Position numbers and translations under genes: made by a program | Notes under the pieces: generated by a model | Told to the model about the DNA's origin: nothing | The model's input: the letters and a program-made list of their open reading frames with translations, nothing else | Databases searched by the model: none | Assembly: GCA_017996395.1 (NCBI GenBank) | Contig: JAGOHA010000003.1 | Span: forward strand, 20,427 to 84,426 | Direction: 5' to 3' | From: Acidobacteriota bacterium | GTDB taxonomy: Bacteria > Acidobacteriota > JAAYUB01 | Length of the DNA stretch: 64,000 nt | Part shown: positions 40,494 to 49,740 of the stretch, piece after piece | How positions within the stretch are numbered: the stretch's first letter is position 1 | How the letters are laid out: each line of letters opens with the position of its first letter

Positions 40494-42005
40494 ATGCCGT
40501 TCACGCTCCTCCTGGCGATGGTATTAAGCATGTCCGGTCTGTCGGCAGTGAATTCATTCTCCACGGTTTCGCTCTCTGCCATCATTTTCACACAACAGGA
40601 TGCCGGCTGCCTGAGCGGCACGCCGGAGAACATCCCACCCCCCCTCGACAATGGCACCATCCCAGCGGCATGCACGGACAAGCTCGTCCGTCCGAACACA
40701 ACCGGCCATCCGGCAGCCAGAGCTGTTTCGACGCCGGCACCATCTGAAGAGTCGCCAACCCGACCCCAGCCGGACCAGAAGGGCGCCTCCGGACCGGAAA
40801 CCAAGGTTGACGAGAACGACAAGCCTCCCACCATTCCGTTCGATTATTCCGGCGACTTCACCCACCGGCCCGTACTGACCGGTGATTGGGATGGAATCCG
40901 CACGAAACTCCTGCAGCATGGCATCCGCATCGATGTGTTGTTTATGCCGATATTACAGGGCAACCTGTCGGGAGGTCTGGTCCAGAAGCCCATGTTCTAC
41001 GGGTCGCTCCGCTACGGCATCGACGTGGACACAGCCACCGCCGGCCTGTGGCGCGGCGGTTCCTGCAGCTTCAAGATCCAGACGGGCTGTGGCCGAAGCG
41101 CCAACGACCAGACCGGCCAGGGGGTGATTAATCAGGTGGACTGGGCCGCCGTCGATGCCGGTGACGGGGATCCACCCACCACGGTGACCGACGCAATTCT
41201 CTTTCAGAAACTGAACGGGTTGTTTTCCGTCGCCGGGGGACGGATCACTTCACGCGATTCCAACGTCTTCGCATCCGACGAAACAACCCAGTTCCTCAAC
41301 GCCGCGTTCAACAACAATCCAGCGTACAACACCACTTTCCCCCGCCAGACGCTGTTCGCTTCGTTGCTGGCTAATCCCGCCCCGTGGTTCACGCTGATCA
41401 CCGCCGTGCTCGATGCCGGTCCGCCGGCCGCCGAGGACAGGCCCGGCACGGATTTCAACCGGGGGATCACCCTGTTCACCTTAACTTCCTTTTCCGTGAA
41501 GACCGCTGAATTACCCGGACACCACCGCCTCGGCGGAACCTGGAGCAACAAGGTCAAGCCCACGCTGGAGGGACTCATCTCTCCGGATCTATACCCGGAT
41601 ACGGTATCCAGCGACTGGGGGCTCAATTACGACTTCGACCAGTTTCTCATGCAAGACCGGAGTTCGCCCAATCGGGGGTTCGGAGTCTTCGGGCGATTCG
41701 GCCTCGGAAATCCGGTCACGAACAAAACGAGCGCGTTCTACAGTTTCGGGCTGGGAGGACGCGGCATGTGGCCCGGCCGTCCGGCAGATTCTTTCGGCGT
41801 CGGGTATTTTTATGATACGACCAGCAAGCGGGTCCCGCCGGAAATCAGGACCTTGCTGCGCAACGAACGGGGGTTCGAGGCTTACTACAATCTGGGCCTG
41901 AAACCCTGGCTCGAGCTCACCCTGGACCTGCAGGTCGTCACGCCGCCCTTGAAGGAGGATGCGCAGGCGGTGGTGGGAGGGGTCAGACTGCTGATCCGGC
42001 TTTGA
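40494..42005 (+). CDS. OprB-family carbohydrate-selective porin with a long low-complexity N-terminal extension
   Basis: Signal peptide MPFTLLLAMVLSMSGLSA; C-terminal beta-barrel ending in the OprB-like GVGYFYD...FEAYYNLGLKPWLELTLDLQVV. Confidence 0.6.
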   Translation: MPFTLLLAMVLSMSGLSAVNSFSTVSLSAIIFTQQDAGCLSGTPENIPPPLDNGTIPAACTDKLVRPNTTGHPAARAVSTPAPSEESPTRPQPDQKGASGPETKVDENDKPPTIPFDYSGDFTHRPVLTGDWDGIRTKLLQHGIRIDVLFMPILQGNLSGGLVQKPMFYGSLRYGIDVDTATAGLWRGGSCSFKIQTGCGRSANDQTGQGVINQVDWAAVDAGDGDPPTTVTDAILFQKLNGLFSVAGGRITSRDSNVFASDETTQFLNAAFNNNPAYNTTFPRQTLFASLLANPAPWFTLITAVLDAGPPAAEDRPGTDFNRGITLFTLTSFSVKTAELPGHHRLGGTWSNKVKPTLEGLISPDLYPDTVSSDWGLNYDFDQFLMQDRSSPNRGFGVFGRFGLGNPVTNKTSAFYSFGLGGRGMWPGRPADSFGVGYFYDTTSKRVPPEIRTLLRNERGFEAYYNLGLKPWLELTLDLQVVTPPLKEDAQAVVGGVRLLIRL

Positions 42006-42041
42006 GAGCCGCCCGAACGACACACGGCGAGGTGAAAAACA

Positions 42042-43985
42042 ATGTTCGACAGACTGTTTAGCCCGGTGCGCATCGCCGGACTGGAGATCCGGAACCGCGT
42101 GGCGATGACCCCCATGGGCGTGGGCCTCGCCGCGGTGGGCGGCGGGGTCAGCGACGACATCATCGCCTTCTACGAGGCGCGGGCCCGGGGCGGCATCGGG
42201 CTCATCGTCAGCGAGATCTGCCGGGTCATGGACGGCGCCGGCGCGGGCGAGCCCTGCCAGCTTGCGGCGAGAAACGGGGCCGACATCCAAGGGCTCGGCC
42301 GGATGGTGGATGCGGTGCGCAAGTACGGCGCCCGAATGTTCATCCAGTTGCACCATCCCGGCCGACAGGGCCACCACGAGGTTGGCGGCGAGCAGCCCGT
42401 CTCCGCCTCGGCGGTGGCCAATCCCGTCACGGGGGAAGTTCCCCGCGCCCTGACGGTCCCGGAGATCGGGAAAATCCAGCAGGCTTTCGTGGGCGGGGCC
42501 CGCATCGCCCAAATGGCCGGGGCCGATGGCGTCGAGCTGCACGGCGCGCATGGTTATCTGATCAACGGCTTCCTGTCACCCTATCTCAACCGGCGCGACG
42601 ACCAGTACGGCGGCAGTCTCGAGAACCGCCTGCGGTTTCTGCTGGAGATCGTCGCGGGCATCCGAACGGTCTGCGGAAGAGGGTTCCCGCTTGGCGTCCG
42701 CCTCTCGGCCGAGGAGTTTCTGGGCGACCAGGGGAACGACCTCGCCGCAACGTGCCAAATCGCGGCGGAATTGGAGAAGGCCGGCGTCGACTTCCTCGAC
42801 ATCAGCTGCACCATCCCTGACAGCCCGAAGTTCACCGCTTGCATCGAGCCGGGCACGATCGAACAGGGTTGGAAGAGGTACATGGCCGCGGAGATCAAGA
42901 AACATGTGAAGATCCCGGTCATCGCCGTGGCCAACATCAAGGAGCCGGAAGTCGCGGAGGCGATCCTGGCGGAAGGGTGCTGCGACCTGGTGGGCGTGGC
43001 GCGCGGGCACCTCGCCGACCCCGACTGGTGCCACAAGGCCAAGGCCGGCAAACCGGAAACCATCCGCAAGTGCATCGGCTGCCTCGTCTGCTTCGACGAG
43101 ATCGAACATGCCCGCCACGTCAAGTGCTCCGTCAATCCGACCACGGGCCGCGAACGGGAGTTCGCCCGCCCGGCCCGCGACGGAGCGGGGCGGACAGTGG
43201 CTGTTGTGGGCGGAGGGCCCGCAGGGGTCACGGCCGCCCTGGTACTGCAGGAGCGAGGATTCCGCACTGTGCTGTTCGACCCGTCACCGCGTCTCGGCGG
43301 CACGCTGAACGTAGCCGACAAGGGCGTCGACAAGGAGAAGATCACGCGACTGGTCGACTCCCTGATCGCCCAGGTGCTGGACAGCGGCGTGGAGCTGCGC
43401 CTCGGCGAGGAGGCGACGGTGGAGAAGGTCCAGGCCCTATCCCCCTGTGGCGTGTTCGTCGCCTGTGGTGCCCGGCCGATCGTCCCGCCCATCCCGGGGA
43501 TAGACGGCGAGAATGTCGTCCTCGCCGAAGACGTCCTGACGGGAAGGGCCACGGTCGACGGAGACTGCATAGTGATCGGGTCGGGGATGACCGGCCTTGA
43601 GACGGCGGAGGTGGTCCTCCGCGCCGGGCACAAGACGACGGTGGTGGACATGCTGCCGCAGATCGGCGCCGGCGCGGAGATCATCGTGATCCTCGACGCC
43701 AAGCAGCGGATGGCGCCCTACAACCCGGTCTACCTGCCCGGACACAAGTTGTTGAAAATCAATGAGACCGGTGTCGAACTCGAATGCGTGGAAAGCGGCC
43801 GGACCATCTCCGTCCCTGCGCGCACCGTGATTCTGGCCATGGGCGTCCGTCCCAACCGGGAAGTCGTGGACCGCTTCCGGACCGCCTTCCCTGACGCTCG
43901 GGTCGTCGGCGACGCGGCCCGCGGCGGACGGATCCTGGAAGCGACGCAGGACGCCTATGGCCAGGCGTTCGTGTTTGAACCCTAA
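42042..43985 (+). CDS. Old-Yellow-Enzyme-like FMN oxidoreductase fused to an FAD/NAD(P)-binding domain (2,4-dienoyl-CoA-reductase-like)
   Basis: OYE N-domain (HGAHGYLINGFLSP), 4Fe-4S Cys cluster CIGCLVCFDE, C-terminal Rossmann VAVVGGGPAG. Confidence 0.7.
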   Translation: MFDRLFSPVRIAGLEIRNRVAMTPMGVGLAAVGGGVSDDIIAFYEARARGGIGLIVSEICRVMDGAGAGEPCQLAARNGADIQGLGRMVDAVRKYGARMFIQLHHPGRQGHHEVGGEQPVSASAVANPVTGEVPRALTVPEIGKIQQAFVGGARIAQMAGADGVELHGAHGYLINGFLSPYLNRRDDQYGGSLENRLRFLLEIVAGIRTVCGRGFPLGVRLSAEEFLGDQGNDLAATCQIAAELEKAGVDFLDISCTIPDSPKFTACIEPGTIEQGWKRYMAAEIKKHVKIPVIAVANIKEPEVAEAILAEGCCDLVGVARGHLADPDWCHKAKAGKPETIRKCIGCLVCFDEIEHARHVKCSVNPTTGREREFARPARDGAGRTVAVVGGGPAGVTAALVLQERGFRTVLFDPSPRLGGTLNVADKGVDKEKITRLVDSLIAQVLDSGVELRLGEEATVEKVQALSPCGVFVACGARPIVPPIPGIDGENVVLAEDVLTGRATVDGDCIVIGSGMTGLETAEVVLRAGHKTTVVDMLPQIGAGAEIIVILDAKQRMAPYNPVYLPGHKLLKINETGVELECVESGRTISVPARTVILAMGVRPNREVVDRFRTAFPDARVVGDAARGGRILEATQDAYGQAFVFEP

Positions 43986-44011
43986 TTCAATTGACAGGGA
44001 GTACAACAACC

Positions 44012-44830
44012 ATGAGTGAAACGAAAGACTATTATCGCAACAAGGTCGCCGTCGTGACCGGCGGTGCCTCGGGCGTCGGGCTGGCCCTTGCGGAGACAAT
44101 GCTCGGCTACGAAGCGAGGGGAGTCATCCTCGCGGACGTCAACGATGCCAACCTGGCCCGGGAGACCGCACGCCTGAACACGGCCTATCCCGGACGGGCG
44201 TTGGGGGTCCACTGCGACGTGACTCTGGAGGCCGAAGTTCAGGGGATGATCGCCCAGGCGGCGGAGTTCGGCGGCGGGAGAATCGACCTGCTGTTCAACA
44301 ACGCCGGCGCCGGTTTCGCCGGATATTTCGACCAGTTGTCGAACGCCCACTGGGAGAAGGCGTTCGCGCTGAATTTCTACGGGGCGCTGTACGGCATCCG
44401 CGCCGTGCTGCCGGTGATGCGGGCGCAGGGCGGCGGCCACATCGTGGACGTCATCTCCGGGATCGCGTTCAGCCCGATGGCCCTGCAGTCCATGTACGCC
44501 GCCACGAAGGCCGCCCTGAACGCGCTGACCCTCGCCCTGCGCTACGAGTTCTGGGACGAAAACATCCGCCTGACTTCGACCACGCCGGGCACCACGGCTA
44601 CCGCGATCTGGTCCGCCGGCGGCCAAGAGCCGCCCGCGGGAGCGCAGACGCCCGAGCATTCCGCGCAGACGATCCTCGCCGGCGTGGCGAAGAACCAGCG
44701 GCTGGTTTTCGGCGACGCGGACGATGAGAGGGGCGCCCGTAACTGCTTCAATCCCGATATCGCCGACGGGGTGGACGATTACCTGCTGAACGTGGCCCGA
44801 AAGCGCCGCAGCGGTGAATGGGTCGTTTAG
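44012..44830 (+). CDS. SDR-family oxidoreductase
   Basis: VAVVTGGASGVG...NNAG...YAATKAAL. Confidence 0.75.
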   Translation: MSETKDYYRNKVAVVTGGASGVGLALAETMLGYEARGVILADVNDANLARETARLNTAYPGRALGVHCDVTLEAEVQGMIAQAAEFGGGRIDLLFNNAGAGFAGYFDQLSNAHWEKAFALNFYGALYGIRAVLPVMRAQGGGHIVDVISGIAFSPMALQSMYAATKAALNALTLALRYEFWDENIRLTSTTPGTTATAIWSAGGQEPPAGAQTPEHSAQTILAGVAKNQRLVFGDADDERGARNCFNPDIADGVDDYLLNVARKRRSGEWVV

Positions 44831-44866
44831 CTTCCCCCCGAAAAACCGAATGGAGGTCATGATCCC

Positions 44867-45736
44867 ATGAAAAACGGCAGTTATTTCATCCCGCGGGAAC
44901 AGCTTCACGCTTTCATGAACCCCGGCGCCATGAACAACGAGGAGGGCCTGTACATCTTCTGGGAGACCGATCCCGCCGTGGCGAGACGCGTGCTGCCTCC
45001 GATGTTGGAGCTGCTGGATCCCGCCCACCCCATCGCCATGGTCTACGTCGTGAACATCCGCGAACCCACCTTCGCGCCCTGGTACATGGAAGGCGGCCTC
45101 AGCCTGCTCTGCCGGTACGGCGAAACCGTCGGCGCCTACTTCCTGAACCTCCAGCTCAGCGGTCCGGGCGCGCACATGGGCCTGTGCAGCGGGCGCGAGA
45201 CCTCCGGGCTACCGAAGAAGATGTGCGAGCGCATCGTGGTCGAGCGCAAAGGCGACTGGGCGCGCGCCTTCATCGAGCGGCACGGCCGGCGAATATTCTC
45301 GACCGAGGTGGAGTTGGGAGACTACAACGACCCCCTTCTGGGAATCATGCGCCAGGACTACAAGCCGGGGTACCAGGAACGGGGCGCCTGCCTGCTGTTC
45401 CAGTACGAATGCGGCCCGGCTCCGGCTGGCCACATGATCATTCCGCAGGCGCGCCTGCTCCATTACGACAGCGTCATCGATTACACGACCTGGGAACCGG
45501 CGCGCATCCAATCGATTCAAATGGAACACTCACTCGACGACCCGTGGGCGGAATTGTTGGTGGTGAAGCTGCTGGGCGCCGGGTACAGCATCAACTCCAA
45601 TTGGGTCGCGGGTCTTTCGACTCTCGCACAATACGACGGGGCGGAGGCCGACAGCCTCTTCTCGTACCTGTTCTCGGGACGCTGGGACCGATCCACGCTC
45701 GTCACCGGCCGTCACCAGATCTACGGGCAGTTCTGA
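44867..45736 (+). CDS. Acetoacetate-decarboxylase (ADC)-family protein
   Basis: Size, and the pattern around ...GLPKKMCERIV..., resemble the ADC superfamily. A lower-confidence family call. Confidence 0.45.
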   Translation: MKNGSYFIPREQLHAFMNPGAMNNEEGLYIFWETDPAVARRVLPPMLELLDPAHPIAMVYVVNIREPTFAPWYMEGGLSLLCRYGETVGAYFLNLQLSGPGAHMGLCSGRETSGLPKKMCERIVVERKGDWARAFIERHGRRIFSTEVELGDYNDPLLGIMRQDYKPGYQERGACLLFQYECGPAPAGHMIIPQARLLHYDSVIDYTTWEPARIQSIQMEHSLDDPWAELLVVKLLGAGYSINSNWVAGLSTLAQYDGAEADSLFSYLFSGRWDRSTLVTGRHQIYGQF

Positions 45737-45756
45737 ACGCTTCCGGAGGACGCATC

Positions 45757-46671
45757 ATGACCATCGACGACATCCGCAAGATCCTGGTGGTGGGCACGGG
45801 AACCATGGGCCAGAAGATCGCCCTGCAGTGCGCCCGCTACGGCTACGAAGTGGTCGCCTACGACGCCGTCCCGAAGTCCCTGGAGAATGCCAAGGCAAGA
45901 ATTCCCGCCTTCGCTGCCGACCTGGTGGCGCGGGGGACAATGAAACCCGAGGAATCCGAAGCCGCCATCGCCCGGATCCGCTACTCCTCCGATCCCCGGG
46001 ACGGGGCGGATGCGGACCTCGTGAGCGAGTCGATCTTCGAGGATCCCGACCTCAAGGCGAAGGTCTTCGCCCAACTCAACGCGGTCTGCAAACCCCAAAC
46101 GGTCTTCACAACCAACACATCCACGCTGTTGCCGTCCATGTACGCCGAAGCTACCGGCCGGCCGGACCGGTTCGCCGCGTTGCATTTCCTGGGCGTGATC
46201 GACCATCGACTCGTGGACATCATGCCCCATCCGGGGACCGCGCCCGAGATCGTGGAACTGCTGACGGCCTTCGCCCGGCGGATCCGGCAGGTCCCGCTGG
46301 TCCTCAAGAAGGAGAATCCCGGCTACGTGTCCAACGCCATCTGGGGTGCCATGAACTCCGCGGCCATCCGGATCTCGCTGGTGGACAAGGTCGCCTCGGT
46401 TGAGGACGTCGACCGGGCGGTCATGATCCACCTCGGCATGCCCTGCGGCCCGTTCGGCCTGAACGACCAGATCGGGCTGGACACCATCTGGCACGTGATG
46501 CAGAGCAATGCCAAGCTGTCGGGTGACCCAGGCGCCCAGGCCTTCGCCGACGAGTTCAAGCGGGACTACATCGACAAGGGCTGGCTGGGGGCCAAGTCCG
46601 GTCGGGGATTCTACACCTACCCCGACCCGGCCTATCTCCACCCCGGTTTTTTAAGCGGCGATCCCGAGTGA
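45757..46671 (+). CDS. 3-hydroxyacyl-CoA dehydrogenase (NAD-binding)
   Basis: ILVVGTGTMGQKIA (Rossmann), NTSTL, C-terminal dimerisation domain. The track ORF starts at 45184; ATG at 45757. Confidence 0.75.
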   Translation: MTIDDIRKILVVGTGTMGQKIALQCARYGYEVVAYDAVPKSLENAKARIPAFAADLVARGTMKPEESEAAIARIRYSSDPRDGADADLVSESIFEDPDLKAKVFAQLNAVCKPQTVFTTNTSTLLPSMYAEATGRPDRFAALHFLGVIDHRLVDIMPHPGTAPEIVELLTAFARRIRQVPLVLKKENPGYVSNAIWGAMNSAAIRISLVDKVASVEDVDRAVMIHLGMPCGPFGLNDQIGLDTIWHVMQSNAKLSGDPGAQAFADEFKRDYIDKGWLGAKSGRGFYTYPDPAYLHPGFLSGDPE

Positions 46672-46698
46672 TCGTTCCCGCAAGAGGGTCCCTAGCCG

Positions 46699-47985
46699 AT
46701 GATGCCCACCACTCGTCCTCAATTCCCGCTCATGCGAAAGCTGCTGGAGGAGGCCGACCTTTCCCTGGAAGTCGTCGTCCTGCTCATCTTCGGAGCGTTC
46801 TTGCTCCTGTTCGGCATCCTCCTGGCGCCGATACATACGGGGATCGTGCCATATAGCCCGGACGGCACCTACGGGCTTTTCCTGGTGCTCGTCTCCTTTC
46901 AGATGATCGCGATGGGTAAGACGCCTTTCGGCGACCTGCGCCGCTCCTGGGCCGCGGTTGCCGGCGGCATGGCCGTTGCGGTCCTGGGCATGTCCCTCTG
47001 TTTCATCCCGGGTTTCCTTACGGGCTTCGCCCGATGGCTGGTCGGATTCGTGCTAACAGCAGGCGGGTTATCCCTCTTTCTGCAGCTGTTGATGGCCCGC
47101 GAGAAGGGGCGGCGGTGGATGGCCGGGCCCGGGATCCTGAAATCGCTCGCTGTCTGTAGTGGCGCGGTATACCTGCTGTTGGCTGCCCTGGGGCTGATCA
47201 CCTTGTGTCCCGGGGCCGTCTCGGACTACGTGACCGCCGGGACCCTCGTCGCCACCGGACTCGGCCTCCTGTCCCTGGCCGGGATTATTCAGCAGATCAT
47301 CCGACGGTGGCCGGAAGCGGATCAGCATCCGACGTTGAAAGGAGTGGCCGTTGCAGAAGATGCGAGGAAAACCCGGAGAGGGCTGTTCGGGGAAGCCAAC
47401 CTCTCTCTCTCGCTGGCGACACTTCTTCTGATGGGAGTCCTGCTGACTCTCCTTGGATTGGTCCTGATACCCGTCAATCTGGGATGGATCCCCTTCTCGC
47501 CCGATGGCTTGCAGGGTCTCCTGCTCACTCTCTTCGCCATCCAGATGATGTCGCTGGGAGACTCTCCGATCGGCCATTACCGGCGGTCGTGGCTGATGGT
47601 CTCCTACGGCATCGCCTTCGTCGGCCTGGGTGCATTCTCCTGCATCGCGCCGGGGGTGCTCACTAGCGTCCTCCGGGCCCTCCTCGCCGTATTGAACCTC
47701 ACGGCCGGGGGCCTTTACTTCGCCAGGCGGCTCCGCCAGAGGATCAAGGAGAGGAAGACCCCGCCGGCAGATCCTCTCCCGCCCATCGTCACCCGGTTGT
47801 TCCGCACGCAGGCGGCGCTGAACATCGCCGTCATCGCGTTCGGAGTCAACATGCTCGTGCCAGGGCTCCTGCCGGGCTTCGTGAATGCTGTGATTATCGT
47901 CGCCAACGGGTTGCTGCTCTTTCAACTGGCCTTCCTCCTGATGATACTGGAGCAAGAGGCGACGCCACGCGATTGCGGATCATGA
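46699..47985 (+). CDS. Polytopic membrane protein of unknown function with an internal tandem duplication (2 x about 5 TM)
   Basis: Repeat 1 ...LLAPIHTGIVPYSPDGTYGLFLVLVSFQMIAMGKTPFGDLRRSW... versus repeat 2 ...LVLIPVNLGWIPFSPDGLQGLLLTLFAIQMMSLGDSPIGHYRRSW... Confidence 0.5.
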   Translation: MMPTTRPQFPLMRKLLEEADLSLEVVVLLIFGAFLLLFGILLAPIHTGIVPYSPDGTYGLFLVLVSFQMIAMGKTPFGDLRRSWAAVAGGMAVAVLGMSLCFIPGFLTGFARWLVGFVLTAGGLSLFLQLLMAREKGRRWMAGPGILKSLAVCSGAVYLLLAALGLITLCPGAVSDYVTAGTLVATGLGLLSLAGIIQQIIRRWPEADQHPTLKGVAVAEDARKTRRGLFGEANLSLSLATLLLMGVLLTLLGLVLIPVNLGWIPFSPDGLQGLLLTLFAIQMMSLGDSPIGHYRRSWLMVSYGIAFVGLGAFSCIAPGVLTSVLRALLAVLNLTAGGLYFARRLRQRIKERKTPPADPLPPIVTRLFRTQAALNIAVIAFGVNMLVPGLLPGFVNAVIIVANGLLLFQLAFLLMILEQEATPRDCGS

Positions 47986-48149
47986 CGTATTAATTCGTGC
48001 CCGACGGCATTTGATGCCCTTGCCAGAGGTTTTCATCGCCTCTGTCTATGTGCAACTTCTCGCCCCGGACGACCATTTCCGTAGGGTCCTGGACCTGAAG
48101 CTGATCGGAGTAAGCCCGCCACCGCCCTGGACCCAGTCCGACTTCCCGG

Positions 48150-48178
48150 TTGAAAATCCGACCGGCATCCACTATAGT
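48150..48178 (+). promoter_or_regulatory. Near-consensus sigma70-type promoter (TTGAAA-N17-TATAGT) upstream of the radical SAM gene
   Basis: Hexamers read directly with a 17-bp spacer. An AAGGAAG RBS follows before the ATG at 48211. Confidence 0.5.
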
Positions 48179-48210
48179 GACATTTTGTTCGTCAACTGAA
48201 AGGAAGTGTC

Positions 48211-49209
48211 ATGCCCCATATCCCTATGAAATACGCGCCGCAGCTGATCTGGCACGGGACGCGGAACTTTTTTTCGGGCCGCCCGGTGGTCATCTCCTTT
48301 GAGACCACCCTCTCCTGCAACGCCAACTGCCGGCATTGCGACATCGAGGGCCACCGCCCTGACGAGGAACGCATGAAACCGGAGGGCTTCCGGAAATTCA
48401 TCGACCAGTTCCACCCGCCGGTGGTCCAGTTGTCCGGCGGCGAGCCGCTCCTCCGGGACGACCTGCTCGATGTGGTTCGGGCCGTCAAGATCAATCCCTT
48501 CTTTCCCTACACTATCCTGGTTTCCAACGGCTCGCTCATGACGCTGGAGCGCTATCGGGCGTTCCGCGAAGCGGGGGTGAACCAGTTCTCCGTTTCGCTG
48601 GATTTTCCCGATTCCCGCCATGATGACTTCCGCCTGATTCCCGGCTTGTACAACATCTTGAACGAGGTGATCCCGCAACTGGCCGCTGAAGGCCACGGCG
48701 ATGTGGTGCTCAACACCGCCATCACCTCGGCGAATGTCGGCGAGCTTGAACCCATCATCCGGACGGCCGACCGCTGGGGTGTTTGCCTGAGCTTCAGCAT
48801 CTACACGCCGCTCCGCACCCAGAATCCCGAGTACGTCGTGAGCAAAGCCGAAGACCTCGACGCCGTGGAGCAGCTGTTTGCGCGTTGCAAGCGGCGCCAG
48901 GGCGTCTATCGCCGGGTGGTGAACTCCCATTACAACCTGGATGGCATCATGCGATTCATGCGCGAGGGCAACATCCCCAACTGCAGCGCCGGCATCCGGT
49001 TCATGGTGGTCCGACCCGAGGGCAAGCTGAACCCCTGTTCACTCCAGCGGATCAATTTCGATACCCAGGATCAATTGGCCCGGGAATTTTCCGCCCACAA
49101 CACCTGCGGCGGCTGCTATGTGTCGATCCGATCATACGTCGAGATCTCGTTCGCTCAACTGTTGTGGGAAAACATCTCGATGCGGGTTTTTAACAGGAAT
49201 ACTATGTGA
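48211..49209 (+). CDS. Radical SAM enzyme with a C-terminal SPASM/twitch-like Cys cluster
   Basis: CNANCRHC (CxxxCxxC), the GGEPLL motif, C-terminal Cys residues (CSAGI...C...CGGCY). Confidence 0.65.
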   Translation: MPHIPMKYAPQLIWHGTRNFFSGRPVVISFETTLSCNANCRHCDIEGHRPDEERMKPEGFRKFIDQFHPPVVQLSGGEPLLRDDLLDVVRAVKINPFFPYTILVSNGSLMTLERYRAFREAGVNQFSVSLDFPDSRHDDFRLIPGLYNILNEVIPQLAAEGHGDVVLNTAITSANVGELEPIIRTADRWGVCLSFSIYTPLRTQNPEYVVSKAEDLDAVEQLFARCKRRQGVYRRVVNSHYNLDGIMRFMREGNIPNCSAGIRFMVVRPEGKLNPCSLQRINFDTQDQLAREFSAHNTCGGCYVSIRSYVEISFAQLLWENISMRVFNRNTM

Positions 49210-49219
49210 GAGGCCGGCA

Positions 49220-49630
49220 GTGCGCATAACTACAACCTGGGACGGCGGCATGGCATTTGTGGCTACGCAGGACGGCCACACCGTCCGTCTGGACGCGTCC
49301 TCCGAGCATGGCGGCCGCAACTCGGGTCCGAGGCCCAAGGGGCTGGTGTTGACCGGACTGGCGGGTTGCACCGGCATGGACGTGGTGAGCATTCTGAACA
49401 AGATGCGGGTGGCATTCACCCGGTTCTCGGTGGAGGTGTCCGGCGAACTGACCGCCGATCACCCAAAGGTCTTCTCCCGGATCCATATTCGGTACGTCCT
49501 GCATGGCCCGAATATCGCGCGCGACAAGGTCGAGAAGGCCGTCGACTTGTCTCAGGAGAAGTACTGCGGGGTCGCGGCGATGTTGCGCAAGGTGTGTCCC
49601 ATCACCCACGAAATCATCATCCAGGACTGA
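49220..49630 (+). CDS. OsmC/Ohr-family protein
   Basis: GTG start. GPRPKGLVLTGLAGCTGMDV and ...EKYCGVAAML are the two conserved Cys motifs of OsmC/Ohr. Confidence 0.7.
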   Translation: MRITTTWDGGMAFVATQDGHTVRLDASSEHGGRNSGPRPKGLVLTGLAGCTGMDVVSILNKMRVAFTRFSVEVSGELTADHPKVFSRIHIRYVLHGPNIARDKVEKAVDLSQEKYCGVAAMLRKVCPITHEIIIQD

Positions 49631-49740
49631 CTCTCCGGGCATTCTGATCATATCCCTTCCAGAAAAAAATTGGTATCGAAGCTGGAAACTTTAAGCTAAA
49701 ATAACCGTCTTTTTTATCGAACTTGATTCTTCGAGGAGAC

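Noticed and set aside
45184-45756. N-terminal extension of the 3-hydroxyacyl-CoA dehydrogenase ORF
   Set aside because: It overlaps the ADC-family gene in another frame. The Rossmann motif begins right after the ATG at 45757.
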